Origin: Protoeuglena noctilucae
Taxonomy: Eukaryota
Reading direction: 5' to 3'
Assembly: GCA_958009085.1 (NCBI GenBank)
Contig: OY253687.1
Location: 248,001-312,000, forward strand
Length of the DNA stretch: 64,000 bases
Shown here one piece after another: positions 1 to 10,116 of the stretch (position 1 is the stretch's first letter; each line of letters begins with the position of its first letter). Below the pieces are notes generated by a model. That model ran no database searches and was not told the DNA's origin. It was given only the letters and a program-made list of their open reading frames with translations. A program made the position numbers and the translations under genes.

Positions 1-393
1 CAGTCGCGTCGACAACGACTGCATCCTGAGAATGCACCGTCGGCCGCCGTGTGAGGCGAGGGGGTGACTTTTGCTCCGTGCTGTTGAGACGCGGCGTTGG
101 GTGGCAAAGCTCGTGGCACATTCTCCGCGACAGCTTCAGCGCCATGCGCAGTACGGATGGCGTCGAGAAGAGACGCTTTTCAAGTGTTCAGGAGCGCCAG
201 TCTTCGGTCGTGGCACTGGCAGAATTGCGTGGCGGGGCCAGAGAGCGAGTTCCAGGCCCACGAGCTGCGGCAGCGCGCCATTGCGTCTATTTGTTGGCCT
301 GCTAGCTCCTGTTCTTGGTTGTACCGAGCTCTGTTCCCTCGTAATGGCTCAGACTGCACCCCCAAAGCCTGGGGACGCTCCAGCGCCCTTTCC

Positions 394-2367
394 ATGAAGG
401 ACCCGGGTCCGGATGACGTGGTAGTAGTTGTGGATGGGAACCGGGTCACGTGGACTCTGCAGGCGTCGGGGGAGGCACTCCCGCCACTGCAGAAGCCTGG
501 GCTGGCCGCCAAGGTGCGGGGTTGCGGACGCACGAGCGCGAGGACGTGCATGAAAGTGACACTCTGCGAAGGGGCTCGACGTTCCTTTCCCAAAGCCCCT
601 TCGCAGGCCGTGAGGCCCACACGGAAGGCGGAGTACCGTGGAGTGCTCGTGCACGCAAACAAGTTCAGCGCCCGCACGTGCCCCTTTAACGAGAATGTTC
701 CCATGGGAAGCTTTTCGACGGCGGAGGATGCTGCCATCGCTTTCGACCACTTCGTGATCGCTCAGGTGCCGCGGGACAGCATGCAAGGTAGCCTGGGCTC
801 CTCCCGCTGCCCCTTCGCGCCTCTCTTGCAACCATCGGCAAACATGCCGCGATATCAAGCTGCTGCTGTAGTCACACCTCCATTCCTGCGCCCTCGTCCC
901 CGCAGCACGGTCTCGATGCGGCCCTCCAGGCTGGGCTCAACTTCCCCGAGGTCTGGACGGCCGCAGGCGCGAGGGCGCCGCCTGCATCCTCGACATACGC
1001 ACACGAGCGCATCCTCACCGTCATTCCGGGGAGCCTTGCCTCGGAGGGCAACGCGGAGGCCTTTGCTGCAATGCAGCGGCTTTTCGACCCGCTAGACGAG
1101 GCCGCGAACCCCCGCATCGGCCCAGTCCCGGGCGATTACGACCTCAGCTTTGCCGAGAGGCGCCTGCTGGCCCAGCCCGGCCTGCGCCAGCCTTTCGAGG
1201 GAGTCCAGGCCAAGGACCCCGGGTTCATGGCGCATGTGACCAGGTGCACAGCTTGGCTGACGAGCTAGCTTGGCGCCGGATGGTTCGCTGCTACGTGGTT
1301 CATCTGCGACCATCCACACCTCCGCCGCGTACCTGTGAGGTGTCGGACGCCAAGCCAGCTCGCCGCTGCCGCAGAGAGCGGGCGGCCGGGAGCGTGCAGG
1401 TGGGCCCCTTCGCCACCGCGGAGCGCGCGGCGCTGTCGCGGGACCGCGCCCTGGTGCAGCGGGTGGGCTTCACCGCGGCACTTGAGCACGGCCTTCACTT
1501 CCCCGAGCTCGTGGTGGATGCCGGGGATGCGGCAGAGCCAGGCGGCACGCGGGGGCGGGGGGCGGGGTCTGCCCCGGGGTCTGCCCGCGTGGAGAGACGC
1601 GGCGGCGATGGCAAGCGCAGTCATCCCGCCAGGTGACGCCCTCCTGCCTGCGTTATTGTGCTTGCGTTGCGTGTGCCACAGTGTGGGCTCCGGTTGTGGC
1701 CCTGCATCACTTACAGCTCTGCATGGACAGCCGCGGTCCTCTTCAAAAATTACAAACAGCCTTCGCTCCCTCCGCCGCAGCGAGCCCGTCACCCCGCGAC
1801 CCCCACGCCCGCTCCCGTCCCACGCCGGCACAGCGTCACCCCGGCAGCCGCCATCCGCGCAAACCCAGTCGCGAGCCCCGGGGCGCTCGCGGGCCCTGGG
1901 CTTCTCCAGGGGTGTCTCTGGCTTCAAGGGCGTGCGGCCTTACGCCAGCGGCAACCGATGGAGCGCCTACGCTCACCGGGTGAGAAGTGCCTTTTTCATG
2001 AGGGGCCAACGTGGCGCGTGTGCAGAGCCTGCTCATGCTACACGTGCTCAGTATAGCACGATACGGCTTGCCACCCCGTACAAGAGTGCAAGCCTGTGAT
2101 GCCTGACGAGGTCTGGGTGCCCAGCCGCTGCGTCAACGAAGCATGAGGACACCCTCGCTCCGTGCCGCCGGCTCCGATTCATGTTCCTTTCAACTTGGTT
2201 CGCAGGATGGCAAGCAGCGCTTCCTGGGCGGATTTGACACGAAGGAGGAGGCGGCGCGGGCATACGACGAATTCAGCGTGGCAGAGCGGGGCCTGGAGGC
2301 CGCGAGGCGCGTGGGGCTCAACTTCCCCGAGGAGTGGGTCACGGGTGAGGGATGGGTGATGATCTAA
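394..2367 (+). CDS. Spliced transcription factor with three AP2/ERF-like domains
   Basis: Joined exons give three AP2-type units: YRGV...MGSFSTAEDAAIAFD...GLNFPE; FEGV...VGPFATAERAALSRD...GLHFPE; SGFKGVRPYASGNRWSAYAHR|DGKQRFLGGFDTKEEAARAYD...GLNFPE. GT-AG introns at about 514-606, 766-905, 1243-1374, 1633-1780 and 1980-2205. Start codon uncertain. Confidence 0.85.
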
Positions 2368-2596
2368 GCGAGTGACTTGTGAGCTCAGTCACAGTGGGAT
2401 ATCTTGCGGGCAGGGGCAGTCGAGATAGAAATGCCATGTCTGCGCCGTGGCTCGGCACAGTCGCAGCACACTTTGGCCCCCTCTTCTGGCATTGTGACAT
2501 GATTGCGCACGCACCCTCGTTCCCATCGCAGGCAAGTGGGCGCCTGCACCGAAGTCCCTCAGCGGGTGCGACACATCTGTCGACGCCAGCCCGGCC

Positions 2597-5080
2597 GTGG
2601 GTGACGCCGTCTGTGCCCCTGTCTCCAACGATCCCCACGCCAACGCCAGTAGGGCAGCACCCGTACCTGACCAAGGCGGCATCGCGGTGTTGGTTTCAGA
2701 TGCCCCGGGCGTCCCCTCCGCGCCGCGCGCGGGAGAGGGCGAGCGGGACGGGTGGCCGCTCTCGCCGTGCCCCACCCCAGTGCCGCCTTTCCCTGTGCCG
2801 CCCGGGAGTGTGGCGGCCGGGCGGGCGCGCGAGGGGCGGCGGGCGAGCCGGGGGCGCGGGTGGCGGTGGCTCGCGGAGTGCGACGAGTCCTCGTCGAGTG
2901 ACGGGGAGGCCGGGCGTGGGTGGGGCAAGCGCCGGAGGGGTGGGCGCGGCCGGGGCCGCGGGAGGGGTCGCGGCCGGTGGGGTAGGGGAGATGCACAGGG
3001 GCCATCTCTTGCTTACGAGAGCGGAGCGGAAGAGAGGATGGGTGGGCAACCAGCGGAGTCGGACTCGTGGAGTGAGGAGGAGGCTTTGGTGCGGATGATG
3101 CAGAGGGGGCGGAGAGGCCGGCGAGGGGCGAAGGAGGACGCGGGCGGGGGCGGGGAGGCGCTGTTGGGTCCCAAAGAGCTAGCGGCGTCGACTGGGAGAG
3201 ATGCGGGGTCGGCGGGAGTCGAACCCGCATCGGTGGTGGAAGGGGCGGAGCGGGGTGCGTCATGCAACGGGGGTGCCGCTGCGGGTGGGAGGGCACTTGG
3301 GGTTGCGGGAGAGGTAAACGCTGACAAGAGCAAGGTGCGGTGGGAGGAGGAGTCCTCTGGGACCTTGGAGGAGATGGGGAGTGGGGACGTGTCCGTCCGA
3401 CCAGGCAGGGGCGAGGAGGTCAGCGGGGAGCGGGTGGAGGCGAAAGGGGAGGTGGAGAGGTGGTCCGCCGAGGGGGAAGCGGGTGTCGCTGGCGCAGGGG
3501 TGGGTGTGGGAGTGGAGGGTTACGCGGTGGCGAGGCTGCGTGGGGGCGGGGGTTCGTGGGACGGGAGCGGCTCTTCTACTGAGGAAGAGGAAGGGAGCGA
3601 AGACGAGGTGGGGGCGGCCAAGGGCGGGGCTGCGTTGGCGGGGAAGGGGTCGCGGAAGCGGGAGCGGGATGGGGAGGACGGGCCGGCCTCGTCTGGCAAG
3701 CGGCAGGCAGGGTCGGCGGGAGCAGACGCGGCGGCTGGGAAGGTGGCATCTAAGCCGCCAGTATTTGCGCTGCCTGCGAGGCAGCCTGGGGCGGCGGTGG
3801 GGAGCGTGGGTCATGCCGTTCCGGGGCAGGAAAGGGCGACAAGCGCAGCTCAGCTCAGCAGACAAAGCGTGGCAAGCGCAGCTCAGCTCAGCAGGCCAAG
3901 CGCGGGAGGCGCAGTCCAGCCCAGCAGAGAGGTACCTGCTGCCAGGGGCCAGGGGAACCGCCCTGTGTCGCAGCCGGCCACCGCCGCCGTCGCCGCCGTC
4001 GCTGCGACCCAGGCACGGCCGACAACAGCAGCCGTATCTGCGCCGGCAATGGGCCATGGCGTGGCTTGGACGGGGGACATGGCCAGGTCCCGGGTCCGGG
4101 AGTTGGTGGAGGCGGCGGTGAAGACGGCGCAACAGGCGCTGGGGCAGTTGGATGAAAGCGTGGCGGTGGCAGAGAGTTCGATGGATATGGCGGTGACCAT
4201 GATGCTCCATGCGCAGCAGACGGTCAAGATGCTGCGTGCGGCCGAGGCGCAAGGATCTGTTCCCGCGAGCGCCGGGGGCGCGGGCAGAGGGGCGCCCCGG
4301 GCGGCGGCGAGGGCGGCGGGGGCCCAGCGACCGGCGCAGCAGTCTGATACAAAGGCAACGCCCCAGGCTCTGGCGCAGCAACGGGCCCAGGTCTTGCATG
4401 CGATGCACCTGGCCGCGTTACACGCTCAGCAAGCGGGGCAGGCGTCAGCGTCGGCGTCAGGGCAGGCGCACGCGGCTCACACGGTGATGCAGTGGCACGC
4501 GACCTACCACCGGTGGCTCCAAGAGGCGGGTGCCGCGCAGGCGCAGGGCGCGCAGGGCGCGAACGGACCCACGTCCGCCCCGGTCGGCGGGGAGGAATAC
4601 TGGAAAGCCTACGTGGCGGCCTGGGGCGCGCGTGCGGCACAGCACGCCGCGCAGCGCGCGGCGACGGCCCCCGTGGGGAGCTCTGCGGGGAGGGCGGCGT
4701 CCGGCGCGCACGGGGCGCTGGCCGCGGAACCCGCGGGGCCGGTGGGGCAGGACGGGGGGCGAGCAGACGGTGCCAAGTCCAGGACCGCGTTCCCCTCGGA
4801 GTACCATGCGACCGTGCGGCGTCGGTTCCTGGCGTCGCGGCAGCTGTCGGGGAAGCCTGGCCCGGCGCACGAGCCGCCGGCGGACATGCCGGTGTCCGCA
4901 CAGCCCCCGGAGGGCGGGGGCGGGCACATGGGGGGGTCGCCTGGCGCCGCGTTAGGGCCGCCGGAAGCGTTGGGCGGGAACCTGATCCTGGACATGGACG
5001 ACGACTCGGACGACGATTCGAGGGAGCCGGTGGTGCTCCAGGCCTATCCGGTGGAGGACGAGTCGAGGCCTCGAGGATGA
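2597..5080 (+). CDS. Long intronless low-complexity (Ala/Gly/Gln/Glu-rich) hypothetical protein, probably nuclear
   Basis: 827-codon open frame with acidic tracts, an NLS-like RKRERDGEDGPASSGKRQ and a helical VRELVEAAVKTAQQAL segment. A TGTAA (chlorophyte polyA-like signal) lies at 5215-5219. The true start is unknown because 2597 is GTG. Confidence 0.55.
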   Translation: MGDAVCAPVSNDPHANASRAAPVPDQGGIAVLVSDAPGVPSAPRAGEGERDGWPLSPCPTPVPPFPVPPGSVAAGRAREGRRASRGRGWRWLAECDESSSSDGEAGRGWGKRRRGGRGRGRGRGRGRWGRGDAQGPSLAYESGAEERMGGQPAESDSWSEEEALVRMMQRGRRGRRGAKEDAGGGGEALLGPKELAASTGRDAGSAGVEPASVVEGAERGASCNGGAAAGGRALGVAGEVNADKSKVRWEEESSGTLEEMGSGDVSVRPGRGEEVSGERVEAKGEVERWSAEGEAGVAGAGVGVGVEGYAVARLRGGGGSWDGSGSSTEEEEGSEDEVGAAKGGAALAGKGSRKRERDGEDGPASSGKRQAGSAGADAAAGKVASKPPVFALPARQPGAAVGSVGHAVPGQERATSAAQLSRQSVASAAQLSRPSAGGAVQPSREVPAARGQGNRPVSQPATAAVAAVAATQARPTTAAVSAPAMGHGVAWTGDMARSRVRELVEAAVKTAQQALGQLDESVAVAESSMDMAVTMMLHAQQTVKMLRAAEAQGSVPASAGGAGRGAPRAAARAAGAQRPAQQSDTKATPQALAQQRAQVLHAMHLAALHAQQAGQASASASGQAHAAHTVMQWHATYHRWLQEAGAAQAQGAQGANGPTSAPVGGEEYWKAYVAAWGARAAQHAAQRAATAPVGSSAGRAASGAHGALAAEPAGPVGQDGGRADGAKSRTAFPSEYHATVRRRFLASRQLSGKPGPAHEPPADMPVSAQPPEGGGGHMGGSPGAALGPPEALGGNLILDMDDDSDDDSREPVVLQAYPVEDESRPRG

Positions 5081-5741
5081 CGCCAGTGGGAGGGGCCAGA
5101 GGTACCAACGCAGGGCCAGCGAGCGGCCGATGGGGGATATCAAGACCTCTAGAGGATCGGGTTCTGCGGGTAGGTAGCCCTTGACTCGGTTGGGACTCGA
5201 CATGTGCGGAATCGTGTAAAGCCGCATCCTTTTGCATCTGCCAGTGAAACGCTTGAACGTTCGTGAGCAGCCTTGGCCATCAGCCTTGCCGGAGCTGAGA
5301 TCGAGGTCAATTGTGTCTTTGTGAGCGTTATCTGAGTGAGCAGCCACTGCTGTACGGCAAGAGACACGCCAGCGTGTCGAGAAAGCCGCCTGCGCTCCCC
5401 ACAGCGACTTGCGCGCGCCACGACGGCCGCGAAGGCCCGATGCTGTCGCCTAGGTAGCATCTGACAGTAGTTTTGTCTGTCTCGAGCGGGACGCGCCGTG
5501 TGGTTGCGACAGCGCAATGCCGGGTCTCTGGTCGGCGCTCACGAGGTATGGTGCATTTGCGAGACTTCTAGCGATGGAGACTCGCGATGCCGACGTGATT
5601 GCGGTTCGTGATAAGCATATGCAGCTGGCAAATGTGCCTAACGGGCGGATCGGCGGCAGACGCGCCCGCGAAATGCGTCTGCCCTTGCCCTGCAGGCGCA
5701 AGGCTCTCTATCATGAGGACCACACGCCCGAAGGGGGCATC

Positions 5742-8700
5742 ATGACTTCCGGTAAGTACATCCTGTTCCGTTGGCATGGTCGGCGCGCGGGCATCGCGCC
5801 TGGCAAGTCCGCAAAGGCTTTGTCGAACTCGCTCTTTGCGACACCGCCTGCAGAGCCGGCGGACGAGTCGTCGGAAGGCGGAGGCGGCCTTTCGAAGTCT
5901 CTCTCTGTGTGGGACATCATCGCCTACGGCCTCGGGAGCACCGTCGGAGCCGGCCTGTTCGTCGTCACAGGTGCAGTCACGCCCTGGCCCTCACCCTTGC
6001 TGTCCGCGCCACCAGCCGCCCAGGCTGATCTCTGCGTCGCCCGCAGGCCGCGCGGCGAGGGTCTTTGCGGGCCCTGCCGTCATCCCCTCCTTCGTGCTGG
6101 CAGGCGTCTCGTGCCTCTTCAGCGCCCTGTGCTACGCCGAGCTGGCATCGGCGATCCCGGTGTCGGGATCCGCGTACTCCTACACGTACATCACGCTGGG
6201 AGAGGCCGCGGCTTGGTTCATAGGGTGGAATCTGACCCTCGAGGTACACGCCTGCCATCTGCGACCCATGTCCTGCTGTCTGCACAGCTCAGTCTCACCC
6301 TCTCACCTGGCATGGCTACCAGCAAGGCTTCAAACTCTCCTTTCCTGCCGCATCTCTCTCTCCGCGCAGTATGGCGTATCTGCCAGTGCCGTCGCACGCG
6401 GGTGGGCGTCCTACGCTGCCAGTTTCTTTCAGGCGATCGGCGCGCCCCTCCCTGCCGCCCTCCACGGACTGCCCCTCTTCCCCGGCACCATCCTCAAGAG
6501 CCTCTCTCCTTTGGTGAGTCACACGCTGACTGTCCAACACACGGCCCCTCGCACACCCTCCTCATCTCATCGCCCGCACCCATTCCTTGCACCATTGCTC
6601 TCTCCCATCTCGTACCTCACCCCTCCCAGACTCCCACTCCCTACTTAACCACCCCAGGCCGCCATCTTGTGCCTCCTCTGCACCCTCATCCTCCTGATGG
6701 GCGTCAAGGAGTCCTCCCGCCTCAACCTCGCCGTCACCATCGTCAACATGGCGGTCATCCTCTTCATCGTCGCTGCTGGTGCCGGCAGCATCCAACGCGC
6801 CAACTGGACGCCCTTCGCGCCCCACGGGGCGCCCGGGGTCCTCGCGGGGGCCTCCTACGTCTTCTTCTCATACATCGGATTCGACACCGGTGAGGGCAGC
6901 ATCGCACATAGGAACTAAGCAATCGCAGTTAACTCACCGTTCCCCCAGCTTTCGGCACCCACAACCCCCTCCAGTGCACACCCACACCTCCCCAAAATCC
7001 CCCTGCAGTGTGCACGTTGGGAGAGGAGTGCCGCAACCCCCAGCGCGACATGCCCGTGGGCATCATCGGCTCGCTGGGTCTCGTCACGGCACTCTACATC
7101 GTCGTGAGCCTCGTCTTGACGGGGATGGTGCCCAGCCATGACATCGACACCCTGGCGCCCCTCGCCACCGCCTTCGCAGAGGTGACCCCTTCGATCCCCA
7201 CTGATGGTTTGACAACGAAGTTGCCTTTCTAGAAGACTCTTTGAGGCTGTCGGGCTCTAGCGCTGAACTGCGCAGCTCCCACGCTCTTTGCCACCTCATT
7301 CCCTCTTCGCTCCATGCTTGTACACGCACTCATCACACTGTCTCACCCCTCTCCATCCCTCCGCCACCCTCTCAGGTTGGCATGCACTGGGCCACGCGCC
7401 TGGTCGCGCTGGGCTCCGTCACCATCCTCACCGCCACCACCTTCTGCTCCCTCTTCGGACAGCCACGCATCTTCCTGTCCATGGCCAGGCGAGGAAATGA
7501 ACACAGCATTCGTAGCACTGTCGTTGATTGTAATATCGAGTGCCGTGGTTGCACGTCGCTGGGCGCAGTTGTGACGACCCACGTCACTTCACCCCATCCC
7601 TCTCACCACCCCTCCCATCCCACCCCGTCCATCACCACCCCATCCCTCACCACCCCCACAACCCCTGCCAACCCACCCCACCCTCACCACCCTTACCCAA
7701 CCCCCCTCTTCCCAGAGACGGCCTCCTTCCCCCTCGCCTCGCCAACGTCGACCCACGCACCCACGTCCCCGCCTTCGGCACCGTGTTCGCGGGGTCCATG
7801 TCCGCCATCCTTGCCTTCCTACTCGACATCGACACCCTCACCGACGTCATATCGGTGCGTGATGCGTGCGTGAACGCCATGTCTCTACGTCCACCATGTC
7901 CTAGTTTCACTCCTGGTTTCAGGATGCTTAGTGGAAGTCGACATGTGCATGGGTCGCTGCCCATGACATCCCAGCCGAGTCGTCCTCGTTGCCAACTCCC
8001 TCACAACACTCCCCTTCTTCAGTACAACCCATCTCGGCCTCTCCCGCAGATCGGCACCCTCAGCGCCTTCATCGTCGTCTGCATCGCCGTCCTCACCCTC
8101 CGCTACTGCCCGCCCATGCCCCAGCCACCGACCTCAGCAGACAGCCCAGGCGCACGGTGGTCCCTCGAGTCAGGCACCAGTGCCGACGCCGCAGCGACCT
8201 TCCTCGCACCAGACGACGCGAGAGATGGCCCTAGCGTGCGCTCGCCCGCCCCGCATCTGGCTGCCCTCAGGGCCCTGCGCGCGCACGAGGCGCCCGTACC
8301 ATTTGCCGCGGTCCCATCGTCGCACTGGGGCGCGAGGCTGCGGAGGGCTATGCGCGCGGTGCCCAACGAATGGTGGATCGCGGCGTTCACTGCCGGCGCC
8401 TTCCTCACCAACCTCGGCGCCAAGGCGAGTGGTGTTGGCTTTGATAGGTGGTTCGTACCACGGTGGGGTGGAGTGAGAGGGAGTGGCTAAGGTGTGGGCG
8501 GGGGGTACGACGCCGACCTTGCCATGGCTGCATGTGCCAATGACTGTGACTGTGTCGCTTGACTGGGACGCGCCTGATCCATTGGCTACATGCCCTAACT
8601 GCTGCAGGTGTCTGTGCCTGTGTCCCTTCTCTCTCTTTGGTTGTGATGTGCCCGCCGCGGTGACTGAGACGTGCCTGATGCAATAGCTACATGCCCTGGT

Positions 8701-9910
8701 TGCTGCAGGTGTCTGTGCCAGTGGCCGACGACGCCTCTGCCGCGCCACGCGTCTCCGAGTCCACCTTATGGCCCCTGTGGGTCGTCATACCCCTGGGCGT
8801 GTCCCTGGTCATTCCCGTCTTTGCGCTGTGGGTCAACTATGGCGAGGGCGTACCCGTGGGGGAGGTGGAGGCGGCGGGGGCGTTGGCTGAGGCGCGGCAG
8901 ACGCCCAACATCGAGTTCACCCGTGAGCGTGGGGTTGTGATCTGTTGTGATGTTATACATAAGCATGCATTGAGTTCGTGAGCGTGGGGCAGTAGTCATG
9001 GCGTCACTGTGAGCTGACCCTGTCATAACCCACACTGAGCAGCACCCCCGTGCCCCCCGTTCTGCAGGCCAGCTGGGTTCGAGTCCGCCCAGCACCCCTC
9101 CTATTCACCACTTCCAGGCAGCCGCGGCGTCCCACGCCACTGACGGCGCTGCCGACGCTGCCAAGGGGCCCAGTGCTCACTTACGCTCCCGATCGGGCAC
9201 GCCGCCGGTGCCACGGCCGGCATCGGCGTCGGGGGTTCTCGATGCGCGGGCGGCGGGGGCAGAGGGCGCGGATGGGGCGGACACGTCGCCATCGGGCCTG
9301 GACATGGGTACGAGCGGGCCACTTCACGCGAGGCATGTCGTGGCGGGGTGGGCGAGGGCGAGCGGGGGTGACGCGGAGGCACAGGTTGCGTCACGGGGTG
9401 CGGACTACCGAGGGGCTGAGGCGGACACGGTGGGATTGCTGGGGCGTGGACGAATGGATTCGGCGGGTGGGGGAGTGGGTGCGGGTGGGGGCGCGGGTGG
9501 GGCGGCGCTGGGCAAGCCGGGGCATGTGGGGGATCGCAGCTCGGCGTTCCGGGGAGGGCCAGGGAGCGTGGATGGTATTGGATCTGACGGCGTCGGTGTC
9601 TCAGCAGGATTATCACATTCGCAGCTAGAATGCTGATGCCTTGACCACAGCGTCGCGCACCATTCTCACACGTCTGAATGGTGACTGAGTCGTAGCTCGT
9701 TACTTCTGCAGAGCTCCGCTGGTCCCCTGGGTCCCCTGCCTGGGCATCTGGGTCAACATGCACCTCATCACAGGGCTGCAGATGGTGGCCATCATCCGCA
9801 TGGTGGTCTGGACGGCTTTGGGGTTCGCGGTGTACCTGGGGTACGGACTGAGGCACAGCAAGCTCAACACGGCCCGGCGCGCGAGGACCGGGGCTCACCG
9901 CGTGGTCTGA
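5742..9910 (+). CDS. Cationic amino acid transporter (APC/CAT family), about 11 exons
   Basis: Motifs GLGSTVGAGLFVVTG, AGPAVIPSF, CYAELASAIPVSGSAYSY, VFFSYIGFD, EECRNPQRDMPVGIIGSL, QPRIFLSMARDGLL and C-terminal PLVPWVPCLGIWVN...YLGYGLRHSKL. Start codon and the 9068-9600 segment are uncertain. Confidence 0.92.
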
Positions 9911-10116
9911 CTGCGCAGAGGTGTGGCTAGCCCACTCCTCGTTTGCAAAGTATGAATGCAGTCTTGCCCTTTGCTGTGCCTGTTTGGCTGTGACAGTGTT
10001 ATTTTTGAAATATCTGCCTCGCATGGTTGTGCCGCCAATTGCGCTGCCGATAGCCTACACGCGCCAGGTCGCTCTCACATATCTCATCGCACATCAAAAG
10101 ACGCGGATCGTTTCAT

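Noticed and set aside
3839..3893. Direct repeat caagcgcagctcagctcagcag
   Set aside because: A small in-frame coding duplication (SAAQLSR x2) in a low-complexity protein.
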